A stretch of DNA of 64,000 nt from Candidatus Palauibacter irciniicola (GCA_009836005.1 VXWG01000053.1:45722-109721), one strand, 5' to 3'. Counted from the stretch's first letter, positions 9,142 to 18,979 are shown. Translations and numbers: made by a program. The notes: generated by a model from the sequence alone, not told the origin.

Positions 9142-10833
9142 CTAGCCGGGGTCCACCGTGAACAGCATGGACATGCCGGCCTCCAGGTGCTCCGCAATAT
9201 GGCAGTGCGCCATCCAGCGGCCAGAGTTGGAGGCCTCGAGCAGGATGTCGAACGTCGACCCGACCGGGATCACCATCGTGTCCTTCCATGCGAGATTGTC
9301 CGACGGCACCCCGTCCCTCGCGAGAATCAGGAAGCGCTGCCCGTGGATGTGGATCGGGTGCTGCATGGGGTGGAACGAACGGCGCTGGTTGTGGATCCGG
9401 ATCTTGAGGATGTCCCCCTCCGCGAAGCGCCAGTCGATGTCCCCGTTCTCCTTCCCCGTGCGCGTGTCGCGCATGATCCACGTCAGGTTCTCCGACGTCG
9501 AGAGGTAGTTCATCATCGGCATCGCGTCCGTCCATTCGACGGGCGGGAAGTACAGCGTGTCGATCGCCATCACGGCGACGATGTCGCTGGGCAGGTCCCC
9601 CACGCGTGCCGTGAGTTCGATCTCGTGGTCGACGGGCCGGTCGAACTCGGCGCGGTAACGGTCGATGTCCTCGATGACGTCCGCGTGTTCGCGCAGCGTG
9701 GAGAACGCGTCCCCGTGGTCCTCCGCGACCGGTTCGTCGAGGACGGTGATGATCCCGAGCGTGTCCGTCTGCGGATAGAAGCGGCCGTTGAAGTGGTCGA
9801 TGGCCTGGATGGGGTTGAGGAGCGCGTACGTGCCGGGTTCGTCGAACCGCGCATCCACGATGTACCGCTGGGCGGGGGCGAGGACGACGTTGGAGACGAA
9901 GCTCTCGCGCTCGAACTTGCTCACGTCGGCGCCCACCAGCTTCATCTCCGCGCCCACCAGGACGAGGTTGAAGGTGCGCGTGTTCGCGACGTTCGTGAGA
10001 TAGAGCCGGCGGACCTCGCCGCGGCGGACCGTGGCCTCCCAGCGCGGCTCGCCGTTCACGAGCAACTGGTTCCCGAACCGGCCCATCAGCGTCTGGATGG
10101 CGGCTTCGCGTCCCCAGGGGAAGAGTCCGCCTTCGTCGACGAGCAGGTCGTCGAGCATGAGGAAGTCCTCGCCGTTCGCGGGGCCGTAGTAGTCCGCGGC
10201 AGGCGCGTCGACCAGCATGTTCCCGTACAGGCCGAGGTCCTGCTGGATGTCCTCGCGGTGGTGCGGGTGGTACCAGTAAAGACCGGCGTCGGGGAAGTAG
10301 ACCCGGTACATGAACGACTCGCCCGGGGCGACCGGGTCCTGGGTGACGCCGGGCACGCCGTCGAACTCGTTCTCGAGTCGCAGGCCGTGCCAGTGGACCG
10401 CCGTGGGCAGGTCGATGTGGTTCGTGAACAGGACGATGATCTCCGCGCCCTGCGGGACGCGGATGAGGGGTCCGGGATACTGCCCGTTGAAGCCGTACAT
10501 GGTGAAGGTCCGCGTCCCGATCGTGCGCCGGACGAACCCGGCCTCGAGACGGAGCGTGTCGCCGTCGGCCATCTCCACGACCTCGCGGAAGACCGCCTCC
10601 GGAAGCATGGCGGGATCGTGGCCGGGGTCGGGCAGGTACGGGGTCACTCCGGGGACGGCGCCCATCAGGCCCGGGAGCATCATCGGCATCGGGATCGGCT
10701 GCGGCGGCATCCGCCACACGGCCCCGATGCTGTCCGTCGCCATCATGTGGCCCGCGTGCTGTTGCCCCGCGGCCGGGGCGAGGCCCAGCCACAGCGGTGC
10801 GGAGAGGGTCGCGGCGACGGCCAGGTAGCGCAC
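9142..10833 (-). CDS. Three-domain multicopper oxidase, CopA/CueO-like, with a Met-rich segment
   Basis: Copper motifs HWHG, WYHPH, HPIHIHG and HCHIAEHLEAGM. Met-rich stretch MPPQPIPMPMMLPGLMG. N-terminal signal peptide. A GTG start at 10833 is inferred from the 652-aa ORF. Confidence 0.8.
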   Translation of the reverse strand: MRYLAVAATLSAPLWLGLAPAAGQQHAGHMMATDSIGAVWRMPPQPIPMPMMLPGLMGAVPGVTPYLPDPGHDPAMLPEAVFREVVEMADGDTLRLEAGFVRRTIGTRTFTMYGFNGQYPGPLIRVPQGAEIIVLFTNHIDLPTAVHWHGLRLENEFDGVPGVTQDPVAPGESFMYRVYFPDAGLYWYHPHHREDIQQDLGLYGNMLVDAPAADYYGPANGEDFLMLDDLLVDEGGLFPWGREAAIQTLMGRFGNQLLVNGEPRWEATVRRGEVRRLYLTNVANTRTFNLVLVGAEMKLVGADVSKFERESFVSNVVLAPAQRYIVDARFDEPGTYALLNPIQAIDHFNGRFYPQTDTLGIITVLDEPVAEDHGDAFSTLREHADVIEDIDRYRAEFDRPVDHEIELTARVGDLPSDIVAVMAIDTLYFPPVEWTDAMPMMNYLSTSENLTWIMRDTRTGKENGDIDWRFAEGDILKIRIHNQRRSFHPMQHPIHIHGQRFLILARDGVPSDNLAWKDTMVIPVGSTFDILLEASNSGRWMAHCHIAEHLEAGMSMLFTVDPG

Positions 10834-10859
10834 TGTCCTCGGTCGCCGCCCGGGTGGAA

Positions 10860-11453
10860 TCAGAAGTAGAGTTGGCAGTTCATGGCCTCGAACGGGCCGT
10901 GGCCGGCCATCGTGTGCAGCCGGCCGGAGGGGGAGAGGCCGGTGAGCACGATCGGCCCCTGCCAGCGCTCGACGTCGGTCGACGCCTCCTCGCTCACGAA
11001 CACGAGGAACTGGTTCCACGCGAGCCGCGCCGTGAGCCGGTTCTCTTCGCCGAGCGTGCCGAGCTGCACCCACTCGTCGAGTTCGGGCTTCGCGGCCCAC
11101 GCGACGTAGACCGCCTCGCCGCGGCGGCGCAGCCGGTCGACCTGGATCTCGACGTCGAACGTCTGGAAGCCGCCGTCGTCCACGGTGATCTCGAACGGCG
11201 AGCCGGGCTGCGTGAGCGTCATCGACCCGCGGCTCCCGGGGGCGCTCTGCGTGCCCGAGAGGGGAACCACTTCGGGCGTGACGAGGCAGGCGTCGATCCG
11301 GGGCGTTGCGTCAACCCACGGCGCCGCGCCGGCTGGAGCCGGGATGTCACTCGGCCCGGCAGCCCGTGCCTCGCCCGATACGAGCGAGCCGAGGGCGATC
11401 GCGAAGACGGCGGTGGCGCCGATCGCGCCGGTGTGCGGTTTCATGCGCTTCAT
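10860..11453 (-). CDS. Small secreted hypothetical protein
   Basis: The C-terminal 197 aa of the 467-aa track ORF start MKRMKPHTGAIGATAVFAIALGSLVSGEARA (signal peptide), with an ATG at 11453. No recognizable domain. It lies between the dioxygenase and MCO genes. Confidence 0.5.
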   Translation of the reverse strand: MKRMKPHTGAIGATAVFAIALGSLVSGEARAAGPSDIPAPAGAAPWVDATPRIDACLVTPEVVPLSGTQSAPGSRGSMTLTQPGSPFEITVDDGGFQTFDVEIQVDRLRRRGEAVYVAWAAKPELDEWVQLGTLGEENRLTARLAWNQFLVFVSEEASTDVERWQGPIVLTGLSPSGRLHTMAGHGPFEAMNCQLYF

Positions 11454-11527
11454 GTTCGAAAGGTCGATTCCGGCGCCCCGCCTTGCAAGCGCCGGCGGCC
11501 GGGCGCGTGCACCCGGCGGTCGACCCC

Positions 11528-12358
11528 TCAGTCCGACGCGGGCCGCCCGGCCCTCCCGCGTCTGCCGCTGCGGCCGTCGGGCCGGCCGGTCTCGGCATCC
11601 GTGAGATCGAGGCCCAGGTCGAAGGTGGCCGCGTATCCGTGGTCCGTCTCGCTGACCCGGGCCATCAGGCTCTCGCCACCGTCGCGGCGAAAGATGCCGT
11701 CGTCCGCGTTGGTCACGGGGCGCCGCCCGCGCGCCGCGTACGGCGCCTGCGCGTGCACTTCGTCCGTGAGCGCCTCGTCGAAGTAGAGCTGCGAGGTGAA
11801 CTCGTACGGCTGGCCGGAGACGTCGGTGCGCACCTTGAAGTGTACGTGCACGGCGCGCCCGCGGTACCAGCCCGGAAAGATCGTCGTGAAACGGGCCAGC
11901 CCCTCCTCGTCCGTGCGCTGGTAGCCCCGGAGGAAGTGCCGTTCCCTCGCCGATTCGGGCGCGCCGTCGTCCTCCACGCCCGAGTACACGCCGTCGGCGT
12001 CGCACTGCCACACGTCGATCAGCGCGCCGGGAAGCGCCGAACAGTCGCCCCGGGAGATTTGCGAGAGGTTGAACCCGAGCGTCAGCGGGATGCCCTCGCT
12101 CACCGTTCCGGTCGACGGATCGGACCGAATGTCGGAGCGTTCGAGCCGCGCGTCGACGAAGAACGGCCCTTCGGTCTGTTCGGGCTTCGCCACGCAGGCG
12201 GGCAGCGCACGGGCGATCCCGTCCGCCTGGGCGGCGAGAGGGGTGCCCGTTCCCAGAACCCACCGACCGGCGGCCAGCGCCCCGCCCCCGACGCCGAGGG
12301 CGGCGAGAACCTCGCGCCGCGTCAGTACCCGACCCCGTTCAATGTCCTCGTGCTCCAT
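11528..12358 (-). CDS. Tat-exported intradiol ring-cleavage dioxygenase family protein
   Basis: Twin-arginine signal TRREVLAALGVGGG. Dioxygenase_C-type motifs PEQTEGPFF, LIDVWQCDADGVYS and HVHFKV. Confidence 0.75.
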   Translation of the reverse strand: MEHEDIERGRVLTRREVLAALGVGGGALAAGRWVLGTGTPLAAQADGIARALPACVAKPEQTEGPFFVDARLERSDIRSDPSTGTVSEGIPLTLGFNLSQISRGDCSALPGALIDVWQCDADGVYSGVEDDGAPESARERHFLRGYQRTDEEGLARFTTIFPGWYRGRAVHVHFKVRTDVSGQPYEFTSQLYFDEALTDEVHAQAPYAARGRRPVTNADDGIFRRDGGESLMARVSETDHGYAATFDLGLDLTDAETGRPDGRSGRRGRAGRPASD

Positions 12359-12396
12359 TGCCGCACCTCCAGAGTCTCCGGGTCCCGTCCCGGGCG

Positions 12397-12921
12397 TCAG
12401 TCGCCGTCCGGCTCGTTCTCCTCGATGATGACCTCCCGCCGCGAGGTCCGCGCCCCGCCGCCGCGCCCCGATCCGCCGGTCCCGGGGCGCGCCCCGAAGT
12501 TGCCGTACAGGCCGCTGAACCCGCCGCCGGATCCGCTCATCACCTGGATCGTGCCGCGCTCGATCTGGGCGTTGAGCCGCTCCCGGACCCGGGCGATGAG
12601 GCTCCGCCTCACCGGCGGGATGAGCAGCAGGATCCCGGCGATGTCCGTAATGACACCCGGGGTGATCAGCACGATGCCCGCGACGAGGATCAGGAGCGCA
12701 TGGACGAGCGACTCGCCCGGGAGCTGGCCGCCCTGGAGTTCGTCACGGACGGCCAGCCAGCCCCGCAGACCTTCGCGCCGGGCGAGCCACGCGCCGGCGA
12801 ACCCCGTCCCCATGACGAGCAGAAGCGTCGGCCCGAGCCCGAGCAGACCGCCGATTTGAATGAGGAGCGCAAGCTCCACGACGGGCACAATCGTGAACAG
12901 CAGGAACAGCCGCAGGAGCAT
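12397..12921 (-). CDS. fxsA: FxsA-family cytoplasmic membrane protein
   Basis: Two N-terminal TM helices and the FxsA-like segment LLLIPPVRRSLIARVRERL. The C-terminus is a Gly-rich tail. Confidence 0.65.
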   Translation of the reverse strand: MLLRLFLLFTIVPVVELALLIQIGGLLGLGPTLLLVMGTGFAGAWLARREGLRGWLAVRDELQGGQLPGESLVHALLILVAGIVLITPGVITDIAGILLLIPPVRRSLIARVRERLNAQIERGTIQVMSGSGGGFSGLYGNFGARPGTGGSGRGGGARTSRREVIIEENEPDGD

Positions 12922-12957
12922 GGTCAGAACCGCGGGGTCGTCAGAATCCGGACACCG

Positions 12958-13326
12958 TCAGAAGCCCATCATCGCCCGCACGGCCGGGTCGATCCTCTCG
13001 GGCGTCCAGAACGGCTTCCACACGAGGCTCACGACCGCCTCCTCCACCCCGTCCACGGACTCCGCCGCGTCCTTCGCGCCCCCGAGAATCTGTCCGCCCG
13101 CGGGGCAGCCGGGGCTCGTCAGCGTCATCGTGACCTTCGCCTCGCCCTCCTCGACCTCGACATCGTACACGAGTCCGAGATCCACGATGTTGATGCCGAG
13201 TTCGGGATCCGTCACGGTGCGAAGCGCGGTCCGCACCTTCTCCGCGATCTCCGGCGGGGCGTCGTCGGCCGAACCCATGCCGTCCATCGGGTCCCTCGTA
13301 TCCTTCGTTTCCATCGTATCCGTCAC
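12958..13326 (-). CDS. DUF59/SufT-like Fe-S cluster assembly protein (MIP18 family)
   Basis: DUF59 core VTDPELGINIVDLGLVYDVEV...TLTSPGCPAGG. Confidence 0.75.
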   Translation of the reverse strand: MTDTMETKDTRDPMDGMGSADDAPPEIAEKVRTALRTVTDPELGINIVDLGLVYDVEVEEGEAKVTMTLTSPGCPAGGQILGGAKDAAESVDGVEEAVVSLVWKPFWTPERIDPAVRAMMGF

Positions 13327-13353
13327 CTTTCAGCCGTGTCCGTCACCGATCCA

Positions 13354-14589
13354 CTATCCGACCAGCTCGCCGGGGCGCACGCCCGGCTTCTCGAATTCCT
13401 TCAACAGATCCTCCACCGTGGGGCGCGCGCGCACCAGCGCCCGGCAGTCCTCCATCGCGCCGGTCGCGTTGATGAGGATCGTGCCGGTGAGCCGGTTGTC
13501 CGTCACGCAGTACACGATCGACCGGCCGGAGCCGAGTTCGCCGGAGACGATCGTGCGGTCCACATCGGCCGTCTCTCCGAACACGTTGATGCTCAGGTCG
13601 AACACGTGCGTGAAGAAATAGGAGAGATGGTCGAACGTCTCCCTCGCGCCGGCCATGTTGCGGCCCGCATGGCGCCCGTGCGCGCGGGCGTGGTCCCAGT
13701 GCTCGAGGCGCGAAAGCCCGCCTCCCATGGGGTCCGGGAAGCGGGCCACGTCGCCCGCTGCGTAGATGTGGGCGGCCGTCGTCTCCGCGAACCCGTCCAC
13801 CACGATCCCGTCCTGGACCGCGAGGCCGGCCTGTGCGCCGAGCTCATCGTTCGGCGACATCCCGACGCCCACGATCGCGAGGTCGGCGGGAATCTCCTCG
13901 CCGCTGTCGAGCACGACCCGCGCGAGACGTCCCTCGCCTTCGAAGGCGGCCACGCTCGAACCCATCATGAACCGCACGCCGCGTTCCTCGAAGTAGCGGC
14001 GGAGGAAACCGGCGATCGTCTCCGGAAACACCCGGGCCCAGACGCGCGGCTCCACCTCCGCGACGACGGCATCCACATCGAACTTCGACAGCGATGAGGC
14101 GAGCTCCATCCCGATGAAGCCGGCGCCGACGAGCACGACGCGCGACGCCCCGTGGGCCATCTCGCGCAGCTGCTCGGAGTCGGCCGCGGTGCGGAGGGTC
14201 GACACGCCGGGGAGATGGCTTCCCGGCACCTCGAGCCGCTTCGCCCGCCCGCCGGTGGCAATCAGAATACGGCCGCCTCGAATCGCGTCGCCGCCGGCCG
14301 TGTGGACGGTCATGGAGCGGGCATCCAGACGCTCCACCGCCGCGTCCGTGAACAGCTTGAGCCCGTCCGCCCGCTCCTCGAACCAGCGCGCGGGCTTCAC
14401 GTGGAGCAGGGTCCGCGGCGCCCCCTCCGCCTGCAGGAACTCCTTCGACAGGGGGGGCCGGTGATAGGGAGGGTCCGGCTCCTCGGCGAACATGGCGATC
14501 GAGCCTTCGCGGTCGATCTCCCGGATCCCGTCCACCGCCGAGACCGCCGCGAGGCCGCCCCCCACGATGACGTAGTCGAAGGTCCGCAT
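13354..14589 (-). CDS. FAD-dependent pyridine nucleotide-disulfide oxidoreductase (ferredoxin/rubredoxin reductase-like)
   Basis: N-terminal FAD fingerprint VIVGGGLAA. Second Rossmann motif VVLVGAGFIGMELA. YAAGDVA motif and a C-terminal dimerization domain. Confidence 0.8.
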   Translation of the reverse strand: MRTFDYVIVGGGLAAVSAVDGIREIDREGSIAMFAEEPDPPYHRPPLSKEFLQAEGAPRTLLHVKPARWFEERADGLKLFTDAAVERLDARSMTVHTAGGDAIRGGRILIATGGRAKRLEVPGSHLPGVSTLRTAADSEQLREMAHGASRVVLVGAGFIGMELASSLSKFDVDAVVAEVEPRVWARVFPETIAGFLRRYFEERGVRFMMGSSVAAFEGEGRLARVVLDSGEEIPADLAIVGVGMSPNDELGAQAGLAVQDGIVVDGFAETTAAHIYAAGDVARFPDPMGGGLSRLEHWDHARAHGRHAGRNMAGARETFDHLSYFFTHVFDLSINVFGETADVDRTIVSGELGSGRSIVYCVTDNRLTGTILINATGAMEDCRALVRARPTVEDLLKEFEKPGVRPGELVG

Positions 14590-14595
14590 CGGTCG

Positions 14596-15120
14596 TCAGC
14601 CTCCTCCGTCTTCGGCCGACTGGTCGTGGACGATGAGCCAGGCCCCCTCCACGTTCAGCAGGACGAGCGTGAACGGTCCCGTCGACGTGACCGCCCCCTC
14701 GCGTTCGAGGACGTAACGCGCCGTCGCCACGCCGACCCGCTCATCCACCTCCCGAACCCGCAGGCCCTCGAAGCGGAGGCTGTCCCGCGCCGCGCCCTGC
14801 GCGAATCCCGGGGCGTATCGCTCCCGAATCCCGTCGTAGCCCTCGATGAGTCCCGTCGATCCGATATAGGTCGTCGTCGGAGATGGAGAGTAGGCGCTCA
14901 TGAAGCCGTCGAGGTCGCCCCCGTTCCACGCCGCCGCCTGCCGGTCGAGCAGGGAGGCGACCTGCTCGGCGAGATCGGGCCCCTCGTCCGGTGCCGGAGC
15001 GCCGTTGCTGTCCAGCCGCACGAAGCGGCAGCCCCCTGTCACGAGTCCGGCGGTCAGGGCGACCGCCGTCGCCGCCGCGAGCCCTGAACGTCGCCTCCGG
15101 CTCGATCGGTTTCGGGTCAT
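14596..15120 (-). CDS. DUF4440/NTF2-like lipoprotein
   Basis: The C-terminal 174 aa of the 362-aa track ORF start MTRNRSSRRRRSGLAAATAVALTAGLVTGGC (lipobox), followed by an NTF2-like fold (WNGGDLDGFMSAY...). ATG at 15120. Confidence 0.55.
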   Translation of the reverse strand: MTRNRSSRRRRSGLAAATAVALTAGLVTGGCRFVRLDSNGAPAPDEGPDLAEQVASLLDRQAAAWNGGDLDGFMSAYSPSPTTTYIGSTGLIEGYDGIRERYAPGFAQGAARDSLRFEGLRVREVDERVGVATARYVLEREGAVTSTGPFTLVLLNVEGAWLIVHDQSAEDGGG

Positions 15121-15125
15121 TCGTC

Positions 15126-16007
15126 TCACTCGAGTGCGCGCGTGAACAGTTCGACCGAGGCGTTGATCGCCTCGTCGAGTTGAGGCGTCGTCCCCGCGAA
15201 CGGGTGTCCCGCCTGGAACGTGTGCGTACCCCCTTCTACCCCGACGAGCCGCGCGAGGTCTCCTACCGCGTCGGCGATCCGCCAGGCGTCGCTGAACGGT
15301 ACGGACTCGTCGGCCGTCCCGTGCACCACGGCGACCGGAATCCGCAGGCTCGCGGCGCTGGCGAGCACGTCGAGGCGCTCCCGGTTCGCGCGCATGTCGT
15401 CGAGCACGTTTCGCTCGAGCGGCATGTCCTGCTTTGTGCGCGCGTTGGGGATGATCACGGTTTCCCCGGCGTCCCACCGGTCGGCGAAACTCTCGTAGCG
15501 CGTGACCGAGGAGATCGAGGCCCACGTGACGAGCGCCCGGACCTGCGACCGGAGGCCCGCCTTCAGGATGCAGGTGGCGCCGCCGCGGCTGTGTCCGAGC
15601 AGGCCGAAGCGCGTGGCCGCGGCAACCTTGACGTCTCCAAGCCGGCCGCTTGCGAGGCCGTCGAGGATGGCCTCGAGGTCCCACAGTTCGCGCGAGAAGG
15701 TGTTGTGGCTGAACGCCTCCAGGTCATCGAAGTCCGAGTCGCGTACGCCGGAGCCGTCGAAGTTGAAGGAGACGACGGAGATCCCGGTCATCTCGGCGAG
15801 TCGTTCGCAGAGATGGGGGAAGAAGCCCCAGTCCTTGAACCCCTTGAAGCCGTGGCAGACGACGATCGCGGCGTCGGTCGCGGCAGGACCGCCTTCGGTG
15901 GAAGCGGCGGCCGACCAGTAGTCGCCGCGGAGACCGGCGCCCGGCGGCGTGAGTCGAAACGGGGTGCGCGTCACGGTCCGCGGCATGTCTTCACCGTCCG
16001 CCTTCAT
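15126..16007 (-). CDS. Alpha/beta hydrolase family protein
   Basis: GHSRGG nucleophile elbow with downstream Asp/His candidates (VVHGTADESVP, GGTHTF). The start may be the internal ATG at MPRTV. Confidence 0.7.
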   Translation of the reverse strand: MKADGEDMPRTVTRTPFRLTPPGAGLRGDYWSAAASTEGGPAATDAAIVVCHGFKGFKDWGFFPHLCERLAEMTGISVVSFNFDGSGVRDSDFDDLEAFSHNTFSRELWDLEAILDGLASGRLGDVKVAAATRFGLLGHSRGGATCILKAGLRSQVRALVTWASISSVTRYESFADRWDAGETVIIPNARTKQDMPLERNVLDDMRANRERLDVLASAASLRIPVAVVHGTADESVPFSDAWRIADAVGDLARLVGVEGGTHTFQAGHPFAGTTPQLDEAINASVELFTRALE

Positions 16008-16635
16008 CCCGCTGCCGCTGCGGCAGCCACATCGCGTCCTCGCGGCCGGCGCGCCGGTTCGTGGCCCGGGCGAGGGTGAACAGCAGGTCGGAGAGACGGT
16101 TGATGTAGGGGACGACGACTTCGGCGAGGTCCGGCTGCTCGTCGAGGAGAGCCGTGACGCCCCGTTCGGCCCGCCGACAGACGGTGCGCGCGACGTGCAA
16201 CTGCGCGGCGAGGGGCGACCCGCCGGGCAGAACGAAGGCCTCGAGCGCGGGAAGCTCGGCGTCCAGCCCGTCGATCCAGGCCTCGAGCGCGTCGATCCGA
16301 TCGGCGGAGAGCGCGGGAATGGTGCCCTTCCGCAGCAACCGGTCGGGATTGGCGGCGGCGAGGCGGGCCCCGATCGTGAACAGGTCCTCCTGGACGGCGC
16401 CGAGGGCCGGCCCGGATTCGCCGAGCGTCGCGCCGTCCGGGTCGAGGGCGAGCGCCACCCCGATCACGGCGTTGAGTTCGTCGACGGTGCCGTACGCCGC
16501 GACCCGCGCATCGTCCTTCGGAACCCGCGCGCCGCCGAGGAGCGTGGTCTCTCCTCCGTCCCCGCCTTTGGTGTATATCTTCAATCGGGATCGGCCATCA
16601 TGAGATTTGGCCGCGTGCCGCGCGTCGTGCGCCAC
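15991..16635 (-). CDS. Cob(I)yrinic acid a,c-diamide / cob(I)alamin adenosyltransferase, PduO-type
   Basis: PduO/MMAB signature LKIYTKGGDGGETTLLGG. The true start is probably a non-ATG codon near 16584. Confidence 0.8.
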   Translation of the reverse strand: MAHDARHAAKSHDGRSRLKIYTKGGDGGETTLLGGARVPKDDARVAAYGTVDELNAVIGVALALDPDGATLGESGPALGAVQEDLFTIGARLAAANPDRLLRKGTIPALSADRIDALEAWIDGLDAELPALEAFVLPGGSPLAAQLHVARTVCRRAERGVTALLDEQPDLAEVVVPYINRLSDLLFTLARATNRRAGREDAMWLPQRQRDEGGR

Positions 16636-16718
16636 GCTGATGGGCGAACCTTAACAGCCCGCGGCGAAACGCCGCCACCGGGAGCCGCCATCGGGCACCG
16701 CCAACAGGGAGCCGTGAC

Positions 16719-18512
16719 GTGAAGACCGACCGAAGCGATGTCCGGCCCGAGGACCTTCAGTCACGAAGAGCCTTCATCGCGACGGCCGCGGCCGGGGTGG
16801 GTGCCGTCGCCGCGGGATCGCTCGGCGCGTGCAGTCCGGACGGCGAGGAGGCGGCCGCGGGCGCATCGGACAACGGAGCGCCGAACAACGGAGCGCGGGA
16901 CGCCGGCGGCGGGATCGTCGTGGCGCGCGGACCGATCGCTGTGGAGGCCGGAGTCGGGGCCCTCAGGCGCGGCGGCAACGCGATCGACGCGGCCATCGCG
17001 ACGGCGTTCGCGCAGTTCATCACGACGCCGTTCTCCGCCGGCGTGGGCGGCTTCGGCTGCATGGTCGTGTACGACGCGAGCACCGGACGCGCCACGTCCA
17101 TCGACTTCCACGGGCGCGCGGGGACCCGGGCCACCCCCGACATCTACCGCAGCGCCCTCGAGGGGCGGATCTACGGGCACGCCGACCGCTGGAAGGTGCG
17201 CGGCGACATCAACCAGATCGGCTACAAGGCCGTCGTCACGCCCGGTACGATCGCCGGCCTGTGGGAGGCGTGGAGCCGGTTCGGGACCCGGCCGTGGGCG
17301 GAACTCGTCGAGCCGGCGATCCGGCTCGCGTACGACGGGTTCGAGATCCCCGGCGCCCTGGCGCGCGGCTTCACGACCCGGACCGAGTCGTCCTCGGGCG
17401 TCGTCCCGTTCTTCACCAAAGTCCGGACGACCGAGGCCTCCGCGCGCATCTTCCTCAACGACGGCATGCCGTGGCGGGCGGGGGAACGGCTCGTGCAGCG
17501 GGACTACGGCCGCACGCTTGAACTCATCGCTGAGGGCGGCGCCGACGTGGTCTACCGGGGCGAGATCGCCGAGCGCATCGCGGCGGACTTCGAGCGCAAC
17601 GGGGGCCTCCTGACGATGGCCGACCTCGAGGCGTACGCGCCCGATGTCTACGACCCGGTGCACGGCACGTACCGCGGACACGACGTGTTCTCGAACGCTT
17701 TGCCCGGCAGCGGCGCCCAGGTCATCGAGATCCTGAACCTCCTCGAGGGCTACGACGTGCCGGGTCTCGAACACGGGAAGGCGGACCACGTGGAACTCCT
17801 GGGCCGCGCCCAGATCCTCTCCTTCATCGACCGGCGCCGGTACCACGGCGACCCGAAGTTCATCGACGATCCGACGGACATCCTGGTGTCGAAGGACCGC
17901 GCCGCCGAACTGAGGGGCTTCATCGACCGGCGCGAACTCCCGCCCGACGTCGTCGAGGAGCCACCGGAGGGACCGGACACGACGCACCTCTCGACCGCGG
18001 ACCGGGCCGGGAACTGCGTGGCGCTCACGCACACGCTGGGCTCCGCCTCGGGGGTCGTCACCGAAGGTCTCGGCTTCACGTGGAACAACTGCATGTTCCA
18101 GTTCAACCCGGTCGCCGGACGGCCGAACAGCATCGAACCCGGAAAGGCGCGCATCACGGGGATCTCGCCGGCCATCGTGCTGCGGGACGGACAGCCGATC
18201 CTGGTCACGGGCGCGGCGGGCGGCACCCGCATCCTGGGCGCCGTCCAGCACACGATCAGCAATACGGTGGACTTCGGCATGTCGGCGCTCGAGGCCGTCT
18301 CCGTCCCGCGCTGGCACTGGGAGGACCACCTGCTCGAGTTGGAGCCGCAACTGTTCCATCACCTGAGGGAGGAGTTGGAGGGACGCGGCCTGGAGGTCGC
18401 GAACGACGCCTTCGTCGCACAACTCCACGCGGTCGGAATCGACCCGGATACCGGGCGACTCACGGGAGGGCCGGACCCGCGCGGATGGGGCGGCGGATCG
18501 GCCACGGCATAG
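16719..18512 (+). CDS. ggt: Gamma-glutamyltransferase (Tat-exported)
   Basis: Tat signal SRRAFIATAAAG. GGT autoprocessing/catalytic region TTHLSTADRAGNCVALTHTLGSASG and GGTRI. Confidence 0.85.
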   Translation: MKTDRSDVRPEDLQSRRAFIATAAAGVGAVAAGSLGACSPDGEEAAAGASDNGAPNNGARDAGGGIVVARGPIAVEAGVGALRRGGNAIDAAIATAFAQFITTPFSAGVGGFGCMVVYDASTGRATSIDFHGRAGTRATPDIYRSALEGRIYGHADRWKVRGDINQIGYKAVVTPGTIAGLWEAWSRFGTRPWAELVEPAIRLAYDGFEIPGALARGFTTRTESSSGVVPFFTKVRTTEASARIFLNDGMPWRAGERLVQRDYGRTLELIAEGGADVVYRGEIAERIAADFERNGGLLTMADLEAYAPDVYDPVHGTYRGHDVFSNALPGSGAQVIEILNLLEGYDVPGLEHGKADHVELLGRAQILSFIDRRRYHGDPKFIDDPTDILVSKDRAAELRGFIDRRELPPDVVEEPPEGPDTTHLSTADRAGNCVALTHTLGSASGVVTEGLGFTWNNCMFQFNPVAGRPNSIEPGKARITGISPAIVLRDGQPILVTGAAGGTRILGAVQHTISNTVDFGMSALEAVSVPRWHWEDHLLELEPQLFHHLREELEGRGLEVANDAFVAQLHAVGIDPDTGRLTGGPDPRGWGGGSATA

Positions 18513-18570
18513 CCTTCGGGCGCCCGGTTTGAAGCGGCAGGCCGAAGCCGCGCCGGAAGCGGTTTCGAGG

Positions 18571-18599
18571 TTGACACTTTTCCCGTCCCTCTGTATCCT
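18571..18599 (+). promoter_or_regulatory. Sigma70-like promoter for the tRNA array: TTGACA, 17-nt spacer, TATCCT
   Basis: Perfect -35 hexamer and 17-nt spacer, with a -10 matching 4 of 6 positions, roughly 11 nt upstream of the first tRNA. Seen directly in the sequence. Confidence 0.45.
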
Positions 18600-18610
18600 G
18601 CGGGTCGCGC

Positions 18611-18684
<74 letters not shown>

Positions 18685-18689
18685 TCCCT

Positions 18690-18728
18690 CGCCTCGCCTC
18701 GCAAAGCTGCGGGGCGAGGCGTTTTGCT
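18690..18728 (+). terminator. GC-rich hairpin (CGCCTCGCC...GGCGAGGCG) followed by TTTTG, just after tRNA-fMet
   Basis: A 9-bp perfect inverted repeat followed by a T-run. Seen directly in the sequence. Confidence 0.35.
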
Positions 18729-18759
18729 CTCCGATCCCTTTTGCGGGACGGGGATACGA

Positions 18760-18832
18760 TCCGGGGTAGCTCAGTGGCCAGAGCGGGTGGCTGTTAACCA
18801 CTAGGTCGTGGGTTCGAATCCCACCCCCGGAG
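18760..18832 (+). tRNA. tRNA-Asn(GTT)
   Basis: Cloverleaf with anticodon loop CTGTTAA and T-arm GGTTCGAATCC. Confidence 0.8.
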
Positions 18833-18865
18833 TCGGGCAGCAGGGCTCTTGCCACGGGCTGCCAT

Positions 18866-18938
18866 GGCTGGGTAGCTCAGGCGGTAGAGCACGGCGCTGA
18901 AAACGCCGGTGTCGGCGGTTCGACTCCGCCCCCAGCCA
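18866..18938 (+). tRNA. tRNA-Phe(GAA)
   Basis: Cloverleaf with anticodon loop CTGAAAA. Confidence 0.8.
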
Positions 18939-18979
18939 TTGCCACGGGCCGCCGACGGCCGGTTCGCGGGAAGCGGCAG

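Noticed and set aside
12358-14097. 579-aa plus-strand ORF
   Set aside because: Antisense to three motif-supported genes (FxsA, DUF59, FAD oxidoreductase). Junk composition.
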